64,000 nt of DNA from positions 9,571,957 to 9,635,956 of the forward strand of contig MU053881.1 in assembly GCA_013239625.1 (NCBI GenBank), in the 5' to 3' direction. The position numbers were made by a program, and so were the translations under genes. Below are positions 41,801-55,800 of this stretch, piece after piece (positions within the stretch are counted from its first letter, which is position 1; each line of letters starts with the position of its first letter). The stretch comes from Lama guanicoe. Its lineage: Eukaryota. Below the pieces are notes generated by a model. That model did no database searches. It was not told where the DNA came from and saw nothing but the letters and a program-made list of their open reading frames with translations.

Positions 41801-42609
41801 ATTCGAAGACTTTCAGGACTTTCTATTAAAATTCTGGTTTGGTAAGATGTCATTAGTATGAAAGACAGACAATCATCAGGGTCACACCTGATGAAATTGG
41901 GTCCAAATCAAGGCGTGTAGCATTCTGGGTGAAGACAGCAGCTTTTCGCTTCATGATTCTGGGCACAAATGACATTGCAACCATTTACTTGGGGTAGGAT
42001 TTCAGTCAAGGGCTTGACCTCTCTAAGTCTGTTTTGTTGATAGTAAACTCTGAATATGAATCACCTCAGAAGTTTCCTGCAAGGGTTAGAATGTTATAAG
42101 TATTTGGTCCAATGCCCAGCACTAAGGAAGCACTCCATAAACAGTCAGCATTGTTGTTGTTGTTTTATTATTATTAGCTGCTTAGGTTTTTGAGAATATT
42201 AATTGAAAATCAAGGTTTTATGGGAATTGGAGAAAACGCATTTTCTCTATGGCAATTACAATCGTATTGTTTAGAGATATTTGCATTAGACACCATTTGT
42301 GATCTATTTCCAAATACCGTTATCACGTTGCGTGATTTCATTGTATCATGAGGCTGGGTTAATTTTAATCATAGTCTGTTCATCCCAGCAAAGCCAACTA
42401 GCTCATGCTACACTGAGCATGACTTGCTCTACCCTAAAGGGTTACCGCTCCCTTTACAAACATCACCCTCCCAACATCTTGCCAGAGACCACCCTCTCTT
42501 TACTGGAAATCTATTTACTTCAGCTATTAAAATTTCCTGATGAACTTCAACTACCTTATATCACCGTCTTAGGGCAGAGATTTTCAGCTTTGAGCACCAA
42601 ACACAGAAA

Positions 42610-43110
42610 TATTGATTTAACAAATGTTTACCAGGCACCTACTGTATGCAAGGTACTAGTCCAGGTACCAGAAACACAATACTAGACAAGTTAGAGTAAA
42701 GTCCTACTCTCTTGGTTCCCACATTCTAGTGATAGGAGGTAAAAAATAAATAAATAAAACATAATCCAATGAATTAATTGGTCTCAGTAACTTGGGAAAG
42801 AAAAAAGTGAGTTGATTTGAGACTATCGTGCTGACAGTCAGGGAAAGCAGTCCCCTAGTTTGTGGCCTCCCTTGACATGTGCTGCACAACTCCACAAGGT
42901 CCTGCTTATGTAGACTCCAACAAGATGGGCTGTGAGCTAAGAGCTAAATGGCACAAAAGGAATGGCCAGGCAAAGACCTAGGTAAAGAGCAGGAGAAGGG
43001 AAAAGACAGAACAGAGATCCTAGAGAAGAAATGAGCTTTGGATGCTCAAACAGAATGCAGGACAGTTGACGGCAGCACATAAGCATGGAAGCAGATGCCC
43101 AGAGATCAGG
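42610..43110 (-). mobile_element. L2 LINE fragment
   Basis: ATTTAACAAATGTTTACCAGGCACCTACTGTATGCAAGGTACT...CTCTCTTGGTTCCCACATTCTAGTG. Confidence 0.7.
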
Positions 43111-43149
43111 TGGGAAAGGTAGGTGTTATGGTTCTCAGGCTCAATTACA

Positions 43150-43671
43150 TGATATCACACAGCTTTGGCAAAATACGGGTATGTGGGCCCCACCTTATTG
43201 CCGGAGAAGAGATTCTTGTCTCCTGCAGGAAAGAGTGAGACTTAGTAAAGTGATAGCAGATTTATTCGGGGATAGGTAACACACTCCATAGATAGGTTGT
43301 GAGCCATCTAAGAAGGTGAGAGGTGGCCCTAGAGCATGGGATCCTTAGTTTTTACGGGCTGGGTAATTTCATATGCTAATGATAGGAGGATTATTCCAGC
43401 TGTTTTGAGAAAGGGGCAGGGATTTCCTGCAATTGGACCTCTGCCCACTTTTTGGCCTTTTATGGTTAGCCTGGGAACTGTCATGGCGCCTGTGGGTAAA
43501 TCGTTAGCATGTTCATGTATTGCAAAAAGCCTAGAATGAGGCTCAAGGTCTACTGGAAGTGGAATCTTCTGCCATCTTTAACCAAGTTGGTTCTAACAAG
43601 TTTGTGTTCTATCTTTAATTGCTGTGTCATTCCTTTAATGGTTTTGCCCTGCCTCCTTCCCTCCTGTCTCA
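43150..43671 (-). mobile_element. Solo LTR (ERV1/MER41-like appearance) inserted in a MER5-type relic
   Basis: TG...CA termini; minus strand starts TGAGACAGGAGGGAAGG; minus-strand AATAAA at 43261-43266. ATTACA on both flanks (43144-43149, 43672-43677). MER5-like sequence resumes to ~43820. Confidence 0.8.
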
Positions 43672-45093
43672 ATTACAGACTAATTAAATCACACTCACTA
43701 AAGGTGGAGTCCAAGGTCTGTGTATGAATGTGTGTATGTGTGTGTGTGTGTGTGTATGTCCGTGTATGTTTTATGGTTCCCTAGATGATATTAAAATGCA
43801 ACCAGCATTAAAAGCCATTGATAAACAGCTTTGTAGTGATGATTGCTATGTTGTGTTTTCATTAATGTCTCTGGTTAATGTTTAGTGTCTCAGCTCCCCA
43901 TTTAAAGTTTGCATTCCAGGCATTTCTAAACATCATACCTTCGCAAGATTGCACTAGAAAACTATGTATGCAAGAATTGTATTGTTGTGTAAGATGCACA
44001 ATACAAGGCTATGATTGTCTTCTGTGTGCCTATATCAGTTTCAAGTGCATGAGAGAAAGAGACCCATGCTTCTAGGCATATTCCCAATTACATTTTAAAA
44101 AATAAACAAACAGGTGCATGCAAACACCAGCACTTAGCAGCTGGCTCCTGTGCATTCGCTCCAGGGACATGAAGATACTGGTTAGGAATTCTCCAAAGTA
44201 TTTAAAAAGAAGACAAAGGAAGGTTATTTTGATTTTTTGGTTAGGGGGTGAACAATACCAGGACCTTCTGGGCCACAAGGAAGCAAGTTAATACTGCCAA
44301 CTGTTGATAAACATACACCAAGATATTCATCTCGCCAGAGACCCAGTGATTTCTCTAAGAGGAGAGAATTGTTCCCTCGATCTTTGAAGTTTTCACAGAG
44401 CTACAGAGGTAAGATCCTGAGGAAGTTCACACAGAAAGCGGGAGGGAGAGCATAAGCAAAAAACTGTGGTGTTTGAAAATGACTGTTGGCACACGTAGAA
44501 TTCCAAAGAGTCATTCCAGGATTGTTTGAGGGAGGTCTAGCTGTGACATCTGTCACCACCATGGCAGCCAGGGTTGGTTTTGATAAATCTCTGCTTTCTA
44601 TGCTCACTTTAAGAGAAGGCCCTTCCCAAATGGAAGAGAATCATCCTTCAATTTTGGTTGACAGGAATCCCCAGAGAGGCTTCTGGGTAATGCAGGATGG
44701 GAAAGAAATTACATCCTGGTAGCTTACTCCTGACATTCTGAAAGTAGGGCACAAAAGTAGCTGTGAGCACTCCAGACTCACACCAGCAATCTTCCTTCCT
44801 GTGTTGTTCAGAAATTTGACCTGTAGGTAGGGCCAACCTTAAACAAGGCTTTCCACATCATACAATATTCACATATGCTTTGACACTCTGATTCTAGTTA
44901 TTTTTAAAAGGGTTTTGAATTTGAACCTAGGTTTGACTATTACTTCTGCCACTTACTAACTGTATGACCTACAGATGCAATCTCCATGAAGATGGGGGTT
45001 TTAATCTGATTTTGTATAAGGATACACCATTTTAAATAATTAAAATCAGATTCTGATTTTTCATACAGATACACCATTAAAAATCTAAAATCA

Positions 45094-45186
45094 TGAATAT
45101 ATATATTTTCATGTATAACTGGAAAATTGTGGAATTTGACACAACATTGTAAAATGAATATAAATCAATAAAAAATGTTTAAAAAA
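45094..45186 (+). mobile_element. Very short L1 3' end with TSD
   Basis: TTGACACAACATTGTAAA plus poly-A. TSD AAAAA(T/C)CTAAAATCA at 45079-45093 and 45187-45201. Confidence 0.85.
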
Positions 45187-47824
45187 AAAAACCTAAAATC
45201 AGATCCAAGCCAAAACTCAAAAGAACTTTAAAGTCTTTGTCTCTTTTCCCTCATTTTTTGCATCTTTAAAATGGAATGATTATACTATGTCATAGATTTT
45301 TTTTAACTATTAAATGAAATAACACATGTAAAACATTTTGTGCATAGCATAGGAATGGTAAACATTCAATATTATTAGTCGCAGAAAAATCAGTGTGAGT
45401 ATAATGTCTTTTAGCAAAATATTGATAATGATAAGATAACCTTGCAATTAACTGCAAATATTTTAACAAAAGAAGGGTCATCTCTCAGGCTACCTTAACA
45501 ATCATCTTGGGTATATGATCCCAAACATAAGCTGCAAACTTCAAACTAAGAAACTTCAAACTAAGTTTCTAACAATGGCTAGAAATTACACCCAGGTCTT
45601 CAATTCACCTATTTCAGCATCTTTGCTCTGAAAACTCCTCCACTTTCATTCTGAGCTCAGTCTAGGAAACAATAAAATCACCATGGTGACAACTGCCCCC
45701 TCTTTAGAGCACATTCAAATTTATGTTGAGTTCGGCTTGAATGCTACTGAGTCTTGCCTTTGAATTGTCTCTTGGAGTCACTCCAAGGTCAGAGGAATTT
45801 CCTTATCATTTAAGGTGGCCTTCAAGGATACAAAACAGCAATCTGGAGTTCATGATCTCCAGTTGATAAATCTGAAAATAAATAATTCTATCATAGTTGA
45901 ATCAAGCAAATAATTTACTAGGGCCCCTGTGTTAAAGAAGTTGTAGGTGATGCTGTGATTAAGAGCCTTGTACAACGAAAAAGTATGTATAATGCCTTTC
46001 TTTTGCCTGGAATATTTGGTCGAGACATTCACTGAATGGGTATTAACTTGTTCAGAAAGCTGCCATTTAAAATACGTAACGTCAGCTTGGGTTCTGATAG
46101 GGACATAATTGAGCAAACAAACGTGGGTCTTTTTGTTTTCTATTAAACAATAATGGCTTGAATTACACTGTGAAAAAATTGTTATGTCAATAGGAACTGA
46201 AAAACAAAATGCAGGTACAGCTGATTGATGAAGAGAAGGTTTAGAGAGCACAGAAGGTATGTGTGTGGCATGTCCCATGGAGTGTAGCAGGAATCAAATG
46301 AGATACTGCATGTATGTTAGTTCCTAGCAGAACCAACCCATGACATTACGTGGTCTCTGTACGTGAGCTATTATTCAGTTTCAGAATTTATTATTATTAT
46401 TGTTGTTGTTACTGAATTTCACCATTTGGTCTGAAATATAACTACACTTTGGGAAAATTCTCAATCTGCTTTGTATACATAAAGAACTAAAATGGTTCTC
46501 TAAAGCAATCCCACAACACGGAGCTTGACAGGTAATTAGAGGCAAAATCTTGGATATCATATTGACACATCTTCAGACTATTAGTCAGTCTAGGGCTGTG
46601 TTTGAGAAAGTAGTCAGAACTTAACTGCTTTGCAGTGAATTTGGGAAAGCGTGATGCAACATTCCTTATTACAAAATATCTATAACCTTCCTCCCTGTAC
46701 TCCTGCTAAATAATCACCATTCTTGTACCTGAGATAGAAAGCACACCAAAAGCAGAATCATCCTATAAATGGCTGATTTCACATGTTTTTAATATTCTCT
46801 GTATACAAAGAGGAAGCTCCAGAGGGACAGAGCAGGCAACTTTTCTGAAAGCATTTCCCTTGACAACCTCAACTTAAAACACACAGACACGCATACGCAG
46901 GACCACAGTACAGAATTAATTCACCAATCACTCGGCTTCATGTCCTGTTAAAACAGCAATACCGCTGTGAGGGAGCATAATCTCTTTGCTCTCCACTGCC
47001 CTACTGAAGTGATCTTCCACCCCACGGCTGGCAAGGCATTAGAACTGATGTGATCCTTCAAGAGAACTCAGTGGTCAGTCATATTTCTTCTCCTGAAGCC
47101 CCCATGGTCATAGAGGCATCCCAGGAGTGACATGTGTGTGTACTTTGGGTCTCCTGAATCAATTTACTATCTCAATTTGTGCTACCAGTGTTTCATCTGA
47201 CCGTGAAAACACTTCTGTGGTGACACTGGTGACCTCACTGAAGGTCATCTATCTTCTTCATTTTCAATTAATTCACTTATGCGCCCTATGCCAAGCTCAT
47301 CAAAGTTTTCGGATGTAATCACACAAATAAAAAATGAACTCAGTGAAGGAGCCTGATGAGACAGAATTCACTCCTTCATTCAGAACTGTTCACTGAGCAC
47401 TTAGAATGTCCCAACCACTTGGTTAGGACTTGGGGACAGAGCACTTAGGAAGTCAGCCACAGTGGCTGCCCTGGAGGAACTCAGTTTCCTAAGGTGGAAA
47501 GCCTGAATCAAACTGGCCATTCCAAAAAGGTTTCCTGAATTTAAATTAAAAAAAAGCAGTGGTCGCTGATGACCCTCACTTGAATGTTGTCATTTAGAGA
47601 AGAGGTTTTCCAATAATTGTCCACAGCCCAGTGCTGCCTCACTGACCCCCACTTACACCACTCCTTGGTGAAATGAGGAAATGAGGGCTTCACTGGCCTT
47701 ATATTCCACGAATTCTCCATGTAAACCTTCCATCCACATCACAGTCTTCTGTTTTCTCACCGCCTTTTTTTCTTTTTTTTTTTTTGCCAGCTTCCTCCCA
47801 GGCAGGATTTCCCCATCATATTTC

Positions 47825-48297
47825 CATCACTAACTTCCCAACAGTCACCATCTCATACCATCAGCATTATTTCTTAATATTTTTACTTATCTTGAAGAAT
47901 TTTTGTTCTTTAAACACACTCTTTTAAAAGTCAATTATAAAAGACTTAAGTATACAAAACAGTCCTATTTACTATGAATAGAAGGTGGCTGTTAAAATTA
48001 ATTTAATTTTTAAAGTGCTCCTAATTGAAAACTAGATACAGTTAGCTAATGGAAGCTCTGAGTCCGAGCCTGTCATTTTTCCCCCCCTAAAATAGAGAAA
48101 AGAATGAGTTTAAGGAAGTTGTTAAAACTCATATAGAGGCAAACTGAGACGCACTTCTTGAAGTGATGGATTTATCAGAGAAATCTGAAATGGGAATAAC
48201 TTCCTCATTGTTCTGCTTCCCTGTTTCACTCTTCTATTAATCACTTAAACATCCTGTACCACCAAGGATATTTACATTGCTTTTTTGGGTAACAATG
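47825..48297. mobile_element. hAT-Charlie relic (Charlie4-like)
   Basis: GAAGCTCTGAGTCCGAGCCTG, GCAAACTGAGAC, GGGAATAACTTCCTCATT; family assignment tentative. Confidence 0.45.
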
Positions 48298-49114
48298 TTA
48301 AATAATAACAAAAATAGTGAGGATGCCTTTGCCACAACTAATAGTAGTAATAATAATAACAATAAAATAACAATTAAAATAATAATGATAAAAATTAAAG
48401 TGCTTACTCCAAGTCCAGCCCTGTTTTAAGCACTTTTACACATCATAAGTAACTGACTCCTCCTAATAGCCCATGAGGGAAGCACTTTTACACTTGAGAA
48501 CCTGCAGCTCTAAAAAGCATGGTAACTTGCTCAAGCTCACAGACCTGTCAAGTTTAAGGGCAGTCACTGACCAAACCTCAGCTCTAAGTCAGACAGACCT
48601 TGTTTCCAGCTTCACCATTTACTTTGTGACCCCAGGCAAGCCATTTTAATGCCACATTGCAGGAGAAACAGAAACCTGGAGAGGTAAGAATTAAATTATA
48701 CTTTTCCCACTATTACTTAGGTCGGAATTCACCTTCTGAGGTTCTACTGACATGACCTTTCTCATTCACATAATTATAAACTGAAAAAATTAATCCACTA
48801 CAAGGTTATTGCCTGCCTTTTTAAAGAGAGTAGAGTATGTTAAATAAGGTGGTAAAGAGAAGCTTGTAAGCCTCTCTCTCTTTTCTTTTCTTTTTTTTTT
48901 TTTTGCTTTCTAAAAAGTTCAATTGCATCGGAAGTGCAAGTCGGTTCTTGTGGAAAAATGAAATAAGTGATATGAAATTCAGAGGAAAGAGTTATCAGTG
49001 TGGTTATCATCGCGGCAGCGCACAGAGGGAAAGCACCAGAGACGGAGCGGCACAGAATGAGCCGAGAATGATGGCCGGGGACTTGATAAACACGCTGCAG
49101 AATAATCACACGGG

Positions 49115-49310
49115 CTGCTTACTGAGGGCCTGTTACATCCCGGCTACCGTGCTAGACTTTCACTGCCAACCCCTTCAAAATGGTCACCGCGACGTTATTC
49201 GGGAGCTGATATCATCTCATTTTACAGATGAAGAAAGTGAGACTCAGATAGTAAACAACCTTCTCAAGGTTAAAGAGCTAACAAGTGGCAGCAGAAAGAT
49301 TCAAACCCCG
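49115..49310 (-). mobile_element. MIR SINE
   Basis: CTCATTTTACAGATGAAGAAAGTGAGACTCAGA...CAAGGTTAAAGAGCTAACAAGTGGCAG...GATTCAAACCC. Confidence 0.8.
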
Positions 49311-49457
49311 CTCCCTTCCTCTGTTCCTCCTCTGCCTCCTCTTTCCTGAGTCCTACCAGCTTTTGCAGAATGAGCTTTCAGGCTTTATCAGAGCATGTCC
49401 TCGTCCAGCCTGGGTTCAGAACCAGAGGGAGTTGGTCTGAGTCCGTCTTAAAAACCA

Positions 49458-49509
49458 GACTGGGTCTGAGTTAAGCTGGACTGGGTCCGACTTAAGCTGG
49501 ACTGGGTCC
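49458..49509. repeat. 21-bp tandem repeat, ~2.5 copies
   Basis: GACTGGGTCTGAGTTAAGCTG / GACTGGGTCCGACTTAAGCTG / GACTGGGTCC. Confidence 0.9.
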
Positions 49510-51651
49510 AGGGTGAGGACTCAGGTGAATGAAATTTTGTTTCAAGGCTAAACAAGTAGGTTAACCTTACAGAAAGATGATCTTGAATTACAGTAGAGGA
49601 CTTTCATTCAACTTAAATAAGGTTATCCATTTATGAGGTGCCCTAGAGAAAAAGGGGTCTCCACCAGGCCCTCACTCCTAAGGGACAATCATTATTTCTC
49701 CTCTACAGTTGCTGGTGACCAGAAAGTGACCTGCTGGGACACCACACTTACTACAGAGCCCAGAGGGGATCCTGGGGAAACTGGTAGAAGTTGGCAAATG
49801 GTGAAGATTCCTTCCAAAGCCAGCTCTCCCAGACCTCTATCGGTGATTCCTGGTCAAGAGTGGAAAGTAAAATTTCATGGAGTCTTTTCCTTTGCAAGCT
49901 CAGATTAGCAGGAAAAAAAGCACTGATAATGAATCCTGTCTCTCCCCGTTATCTCCCAGATACTGCTTCTTATTTGTTTCATTTTCTGTTCAGAGAACTT
50001 GGCATGGCAACTGGCAGATGGGCGGCCCCCCAAGCACGGCAAGACAGAAGGGTGGACTGCGCTCTGTCTGTGGCTCGGGCCCTACCCAGTGCTGCCAGCT
50101 TTCAGGGGAGCTGTCTGAGTCTTTCTTCCTTTTGGCTGTCTTTGAGAGTGGCTCTGGATCTTGGGAGGGTAATATCTTTCCCACTCTTTTGGGGGACTCA
50201 TCTTGTGTCCAGGGGGTTGTTCAATACTGTCAGGAGTATTTACTGTTTGCCCTGGCTGAAACCCGACAAGATATTCAAAAGGACTATTTTTTACGTGGAC
50301 CTATGGTCAGAAGTTGACCCAATTAAAAGTTGATACTCAGAGCCTTATAGGAACTTTTTTCAGGTCTCCTTCTTAAAGGTTAAATGAAACTACACAAGGG
50401 AAAGACAGACATTCAGAAACAATTGTGGAAGATTTTACTAACATATTCCAAAGACACAGAGCTCTGTATCTCGAACACAGGAATCTTGTGATTTCCAACT
50501 GAGAGGAAGACCTTCTTCCTGATATAAAGAAGGAATTGGAGGACACTGCCTTTAGACGGCTGGATCAGCTTCTGGACATTATTCAGGTTACAGCCCAATT
50601 TTTTGAGAAATGTAAGAACAACTGTATTTGTCTTACAAATTGGGTCTCTACAAGAACAGAAATGTGACTCCAGAAATAATTCAAAGCCTACTTAACCCTT
50701 TTATCAACCCCTAAACCTCCCCCATCCCTCTGAAAGCATTACAGGTATTGTAAAAATCTAGACTGAGGGGACAAAAATCCCTTTGCTGAGAAACTGAAAT
50801 CCTTTCTCTGGGCCTTTGGGATGTAAATACTCTACCTGGCCTTCTCTAAGAACCTAGAACCATCTCTTGAAATGCAAACTTCAGGAAGCTATTTGGAAAC
50901 TGGGCGAATAAAAAAAATCTTTAAAGTCTTCTCCACAAATATTAGTAAAAGCTATAGCCATCTGAGAAGGTAACATTAACTTATTCTATACGCCAGAAAT
51001 GCAATTCGGATTCAACTGTTTCTTTATAAACTACTGACTTTCGCGTTATCTTCCTTGTCTTATGGCTAAAATTTAAAAATGAAAACTCTAAGACATCAGT
51101 AAGTTTATATATGCCTACGTATATATGTATATACGTTTTCCTACCTCCAGATGATATTACCAGAATCAGTTCATAAAGGGCTCTACTTAATTGTCTCAAA
51201 GACAAACAGCCATTTATATAAATCAAGTATATTCTCAGAAATACAGAAACTAACCAAACTGTTTTTGAAGTTCACATGATCTAGGATAATCTTCAATAAA
51301 TAAAAGCTAGTTTAAGTTTGTTGGTTTCAGTGAAAACAGGTGTGTTTTCAGTGTTATCAATATTAAACATAATACTTCTATTCTACCTAGGTTTACTAAA
51401 ATTCAAGTAAGCACAGGTTATCTCTCTTACAGAATCCTTCGGCAAGAAAGATAACTTAAGACGATGGTTAGCTGTCTAATGTCTCATGAAATTTTCATTA
51501 GTAATCTAAACATAATTTTTATGAATAAATAAATAGATGCAAGTAAGATCAATGTTTATAAATGACCTTTTCAACGATAATTATGCTTTATGGCATGTCT
51601 ATTTAAAATAGTTTCCAAGATCTTTTTGGTAAATTGAAACCTTAATGTTGC

Positions 51652-52116
51652 ATTCACCTTCCTTGACTTAAGATGGGATAATAGTCCAATAAACCCATTG
51701 TAAGTTGAAAATATGAAAGTTGAAAATGCACTTAATACATCTAACCTACCAAACATCATAGCTTAGCTTAGCCTACCTTAAAGGTGTTCAGAACACTTAC
51801 ATCAGCCTACAGTTGGGCAAAATCACCGAACACAAAGCTTGTAAGAAAGAGTTGGACACCTCATGGACTCTACTGAGAACTGTATTGAAAGTGAAAAACA
51901 GAATGGTTGTATTGACAGTTTACTTTCATGATCACATGGCTGACTGGGAGCTGGGGCTCATGGCCACTACCCAGCCTCATGAGAGAGTCATGTACCCGAA
52001 AAAAGCTCAAAATTCAAAATTCGAAGAATGGTTTCTACTAAACGTGTATCTCCTTTGCACCATCATAAAATTGAAAGAAATCTTCAGTCAAACCATCCTG
52101 AGTCGGGGACCGTCTG
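51652..52116 (+). mobile_element. MER47/Tigger5-type TcMar-Tigger MITE
   Basis: AAACCCATTGTAAGTTGAAAATAT...CATCATAGCTTAGCTTAGCCTACCTTAAA...ends GTCGGGGACCGTCTG followed by TA. Confidence 0.85.
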
Positions 52117-52244
52117 TAGTGAGAGAAATTCAGTGATGAATATTCACTGAGTAACTAGATCATTTCCAAATAAGATAAAATACTGAAACATTAATTACTG
52201 AACATAGGTTTATCCACTTTTGGTTTCTCTGTTTTACAGAGGAA

Positions 52245-52822
52245 CTAAAGATATTTGTAACTCTAGAATCAAGCCTCTTGGCACTTTCATACTCACGTAC
52301 AGAGCAGGGAAAACTTCGAGTCACCTGCTGCCAGGGCTTCCAGCTGCGATGCTGGTAACAATGAACTGTTTCTGCACTCAGATCGTAAGTGTCCTTTTCA
52401 TTGTCTACTTAGTGCCCGGTTTTTCACATTTTTTTGTACATTTTGTTGGTGAGTTTGCTATGTAAAAGTGACCCTGAAGCGTGGCACTGCAGGGCTGACT
52501 AGTGAGCTTAAGTGCAATGTGACTTATGGGGGAAATTCGTGCCCTCGGTAAGCTTTGCTCAGGTGCGAGTTACGCTGCTGTCTTCTGTGAGTTCACTGTT
52601 AACAGTCAACAGTACATATTAAATAAGAAGCCTTTAAACAGAAACACACATCAACAAGGTGATGTATTGATCTGTTGACTGGCTGACAAAAACGTGGCGA
52701 CCACAGTGCTACACTTCCCTAATCTTCTACTCCCACTAGGAGCAATGCTTCAGCATTTGTTAACTCAGTGTTCCAGGCAACTTTATAGAACACGACGACC
52801 ACAAAGAAGGAGAACCAAGAGT
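52245..52822. mobile_element. MER82-type TcMar-Tigger element, one end missing
   Basis: TTTAAACAGAAACACACAT...CTAGGAGCAATGCTTCAGCATTTGTTAACTCAGTGTT...CTTTATAGAACA matches my recollection of MER82. Confidence 0.75.
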
Positions 52823-55800
52823 ATTTATTAATTTCCCCTATGTTCTTGACATTTAACTCTTTTATGAATGTGATTCTATATTCTTAAGTCCTTTCTTAAG
52901 ATGCCTACTTTTGTAACCCATTTTTTTTATGGACCTCGGTGTGATATGCACGAACACAACACACACACACACACAAGCAAATATCCATTTAAAGACCTTA
53001 ACTGTAACCTTTTGATTTATAATTTATGTTATGTGGGATGATATTTAATTTATACTAAATTGATCTTTTAACAATATATTTTTATCTTTTAGTTTTCCAG
53101 TCAAATTGGATTCATTTACTTAATTGTCCTCTATTTACTCAACACCTTGTTAAACTGCCTGGTGTCACCCAAATTCTGTCTGTTTGTTCATCCTGGTTTG
53201 CAGTTTTAACGATACAACAAACAGCTACAGAATACTTTTCTTCTTTTTGTAACTGTTTTGTAATAGTAAACTAAGTCATTCAAAGATATTCCCTCCTTCT
53301 CAATTTTCCCAATGAACTGCTTAAAAACGTAAAAAGCATCTTATAATTACTTTTCTTAGTTTGTATTACAAACATCTCACTGATTTATATATTCAGGGAT
53401 TTGAACACCAAAATCTGCATCCGGTGATGGTTGGAAAAAAAATAAGCACACTTGTCTCGTTTCAGCATAAGTGACAACAGGGGACGTTTACAAAACAATC
53501 CATCCTTTAGAAAGTTATGTAATTAATTTTCTAGATCATAGCTTGTCAGATCATATTCTTCATAATAAAACACATGCCTTTCTCTAGATCCCATATTTTT
53601 ACTGCTCAAAACATACTCACTCAGTGGAACAGTATCTGGAGAAACAGTTTAGACCAAAAAACTTCATTCTTCTCCCTCTTAACTATGCGAACTTGAGCAA
53701 GATATGTAACCTCTTGGGGCTTCAGTTATTAGGATTAAAGAGGGCTTTGTTTATATGTTAAATAAAATAATTTATGTTAAAGAAAAAACCTTTTAAAATG
53801 GGGGATATGGTATACATTTAGTAACTATGTGTATCATATATTAGTTCCGGTTATGTAAGTTCTGTTTTATTCTTAAAATGTTCAAGAAAATATTTTGTGA
53901 AATGTGTAATATTGCAAGACTTTATGCGAGACAATGTGAAATATTTAAAGAAAACCTGTTGTAAATCTCACAATGTTAAGCAGCAACTCAGGCATGTAAT
54001 GTAGGCAAAAAAAAAATCTCAAAATGCACTCATCTTAAAGGTTAGATGTTGAGTATGAAAGGGTGTTTCTCTGTTGGCAAAAAAAGAAAAGGGAAAAAAG
54101 AGCTCAGTGTAATACTTTTGAAATGGTGCTAATAATTTCAGTTCTTGCATAGAAGTGGATTTTAAACTAGAGAAAAAAATGTGTTAATCTTTTTTTTTTT
54201 CTTTTTAAAGAGACTTGGTCACTTACATATTCAGCACATACTGATTATTATGAACTCTTGAAATGGGAAAGAAAGTGAAAAAATGTCTCACTTGCATTCT
54301 ACTGATAGGGAATAAATCCACACATCACCCACTGCAGGATGTGTTGCTGCAAACATAGCCTTCATGTAGGTCTGTTGACTTTCCCAAAATTCCTACCTAA
54401 AGCGGGGTTTCATTTTAATAATATAAGAAACATTGATTCTGTTTAGCCTTTATCAAAGGCAATCTTTCAAAGTATCAGGGTGTTTTTTTTTTCTATGATT
54501 TAAAATTTTCTTTCTCTTTTATCTTCATTTTTAAAATAGTGAAAAATAGCCCCAAAGCATATGATGACAAGATCATTTCTTGCATTCCATCCTCGTCCGG
54601 TTGAAAGCAGATACGACTGCCTTAGAATTATGAGAATCTACAGTTAAATCTAGTGTTTCCTATGAGTCCACCGTGGAGTAAAAACCATTACACGTACTAC
54701 CAGTTAAGCCAAAGGAACCACACAGAAAAGCTTAAGGTGGATCCCTGGCCGGAGAAGCTGTACACTTTATGATACTGTCTCTTACGAACAAGAGAGTAGC
54801 ATTTGAAACTTCAAACATAAACCTAAGTGAAAAGAAAAAAGCTAGAGGTGGCCTAGAAGGAAACTGAAAACCTGGGCAAACCCCAGCATATGTTTATAAA
54901 ACGTGGGGAAGCTACCCTCATTTATTGTCTTGGGGCTGCAAATGATGCTCTGAATGAACAGCAGAGGGCAGAGACCTTGCAAAGTCCTTTTCCAAGTAGG
55001 TAGGTATCTCTTGACAACAGGTTGAATAGACTATAGAAATACAGTGCTGACGGTTAGCACGAAGCCCTCCTTACAGTTATTATTTTAAGTAGTAGTTTCC
55101 TGCAAACCAAGCCCCGCCTCACTGACTGGCTTATTATTCAGCCAACATTCAAAGCACTGCTGGTTGCAATAGTAAATCATCAAAGCACTGCACTCTCTAA
55201 CAGAATGATGGCAAAACCTAACGAGAGCATTGAGAATACATAATGAATTTTCAGGCCAGCACGTTAGACAGATCCCCAAGATTCTGAGATTTGCTTCATT
55301 GTCAAGGAAATTCCTAAGACCATGGAGCCTTGTCTATCTCTCCCCACACCTACATGCTCTTCCTCATTATCCCGCCTGTTTCCCTGACCTCCATGTCCCA
55401 AAGATCCATCTTTTTCAGAAAACCTAATCAAAAGATTAAATGATAAGATTAGGATGATGGACAAGAAAAACAGGGGACAACTGCTGGATCTAACGTGGTC
55501 AGGAAAATCCTCTGGGAATCCTAAGCACAGATCTCATCCTCCCAAGCAGGCTCCATTCTTGCAGGTCCTGTCCCACCAAACTCACCTCCTCTAACTCTGC
55601 AGCGCTCTCATCTGGTACTTGCTCTGGGTAAGGACAGATGGGCTAGGATGGGACAGGACGGAAACTATAGTTTGATTATATGCCCTTCTGTTTCTTCCAA
55701 AGTTTGTCAACTTTTGTCAACAACATGTATAATGGATTTCCTGAGCATTAGGTGACCCTTGCTTAAAAACAGAAGCAAGGATGAACCCAAGCTTCCAAGA

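Larger units (their letters stand above)
49350..52250 (+). mobile_element. Decayed ERV1-class internal region (MER4/MER34/MER50-int-like), split by a Tigger MITE
   Basis: Leader-like tandem repeats; possible gag relic near 50390-50610; AT-rich blocks typical of MER4-group internals (ATAAAAGCTAGTTTAAGTTTGTTGG, CTAGGTTTACT). No LTRs recognised. Confidence 0.65.

Noticed and set aside
49458..49509. Repeat array as CRISPR-like
   Set aside because: No spacers, eukaryotic context; an ordinary tandem duplication.
49791..50333. 180-aa ORF, the longest in the track
   Set aside because: Lies in decayed ERV leader/internal sequence, starts at TTG and shows no gag, pol or env motifs.
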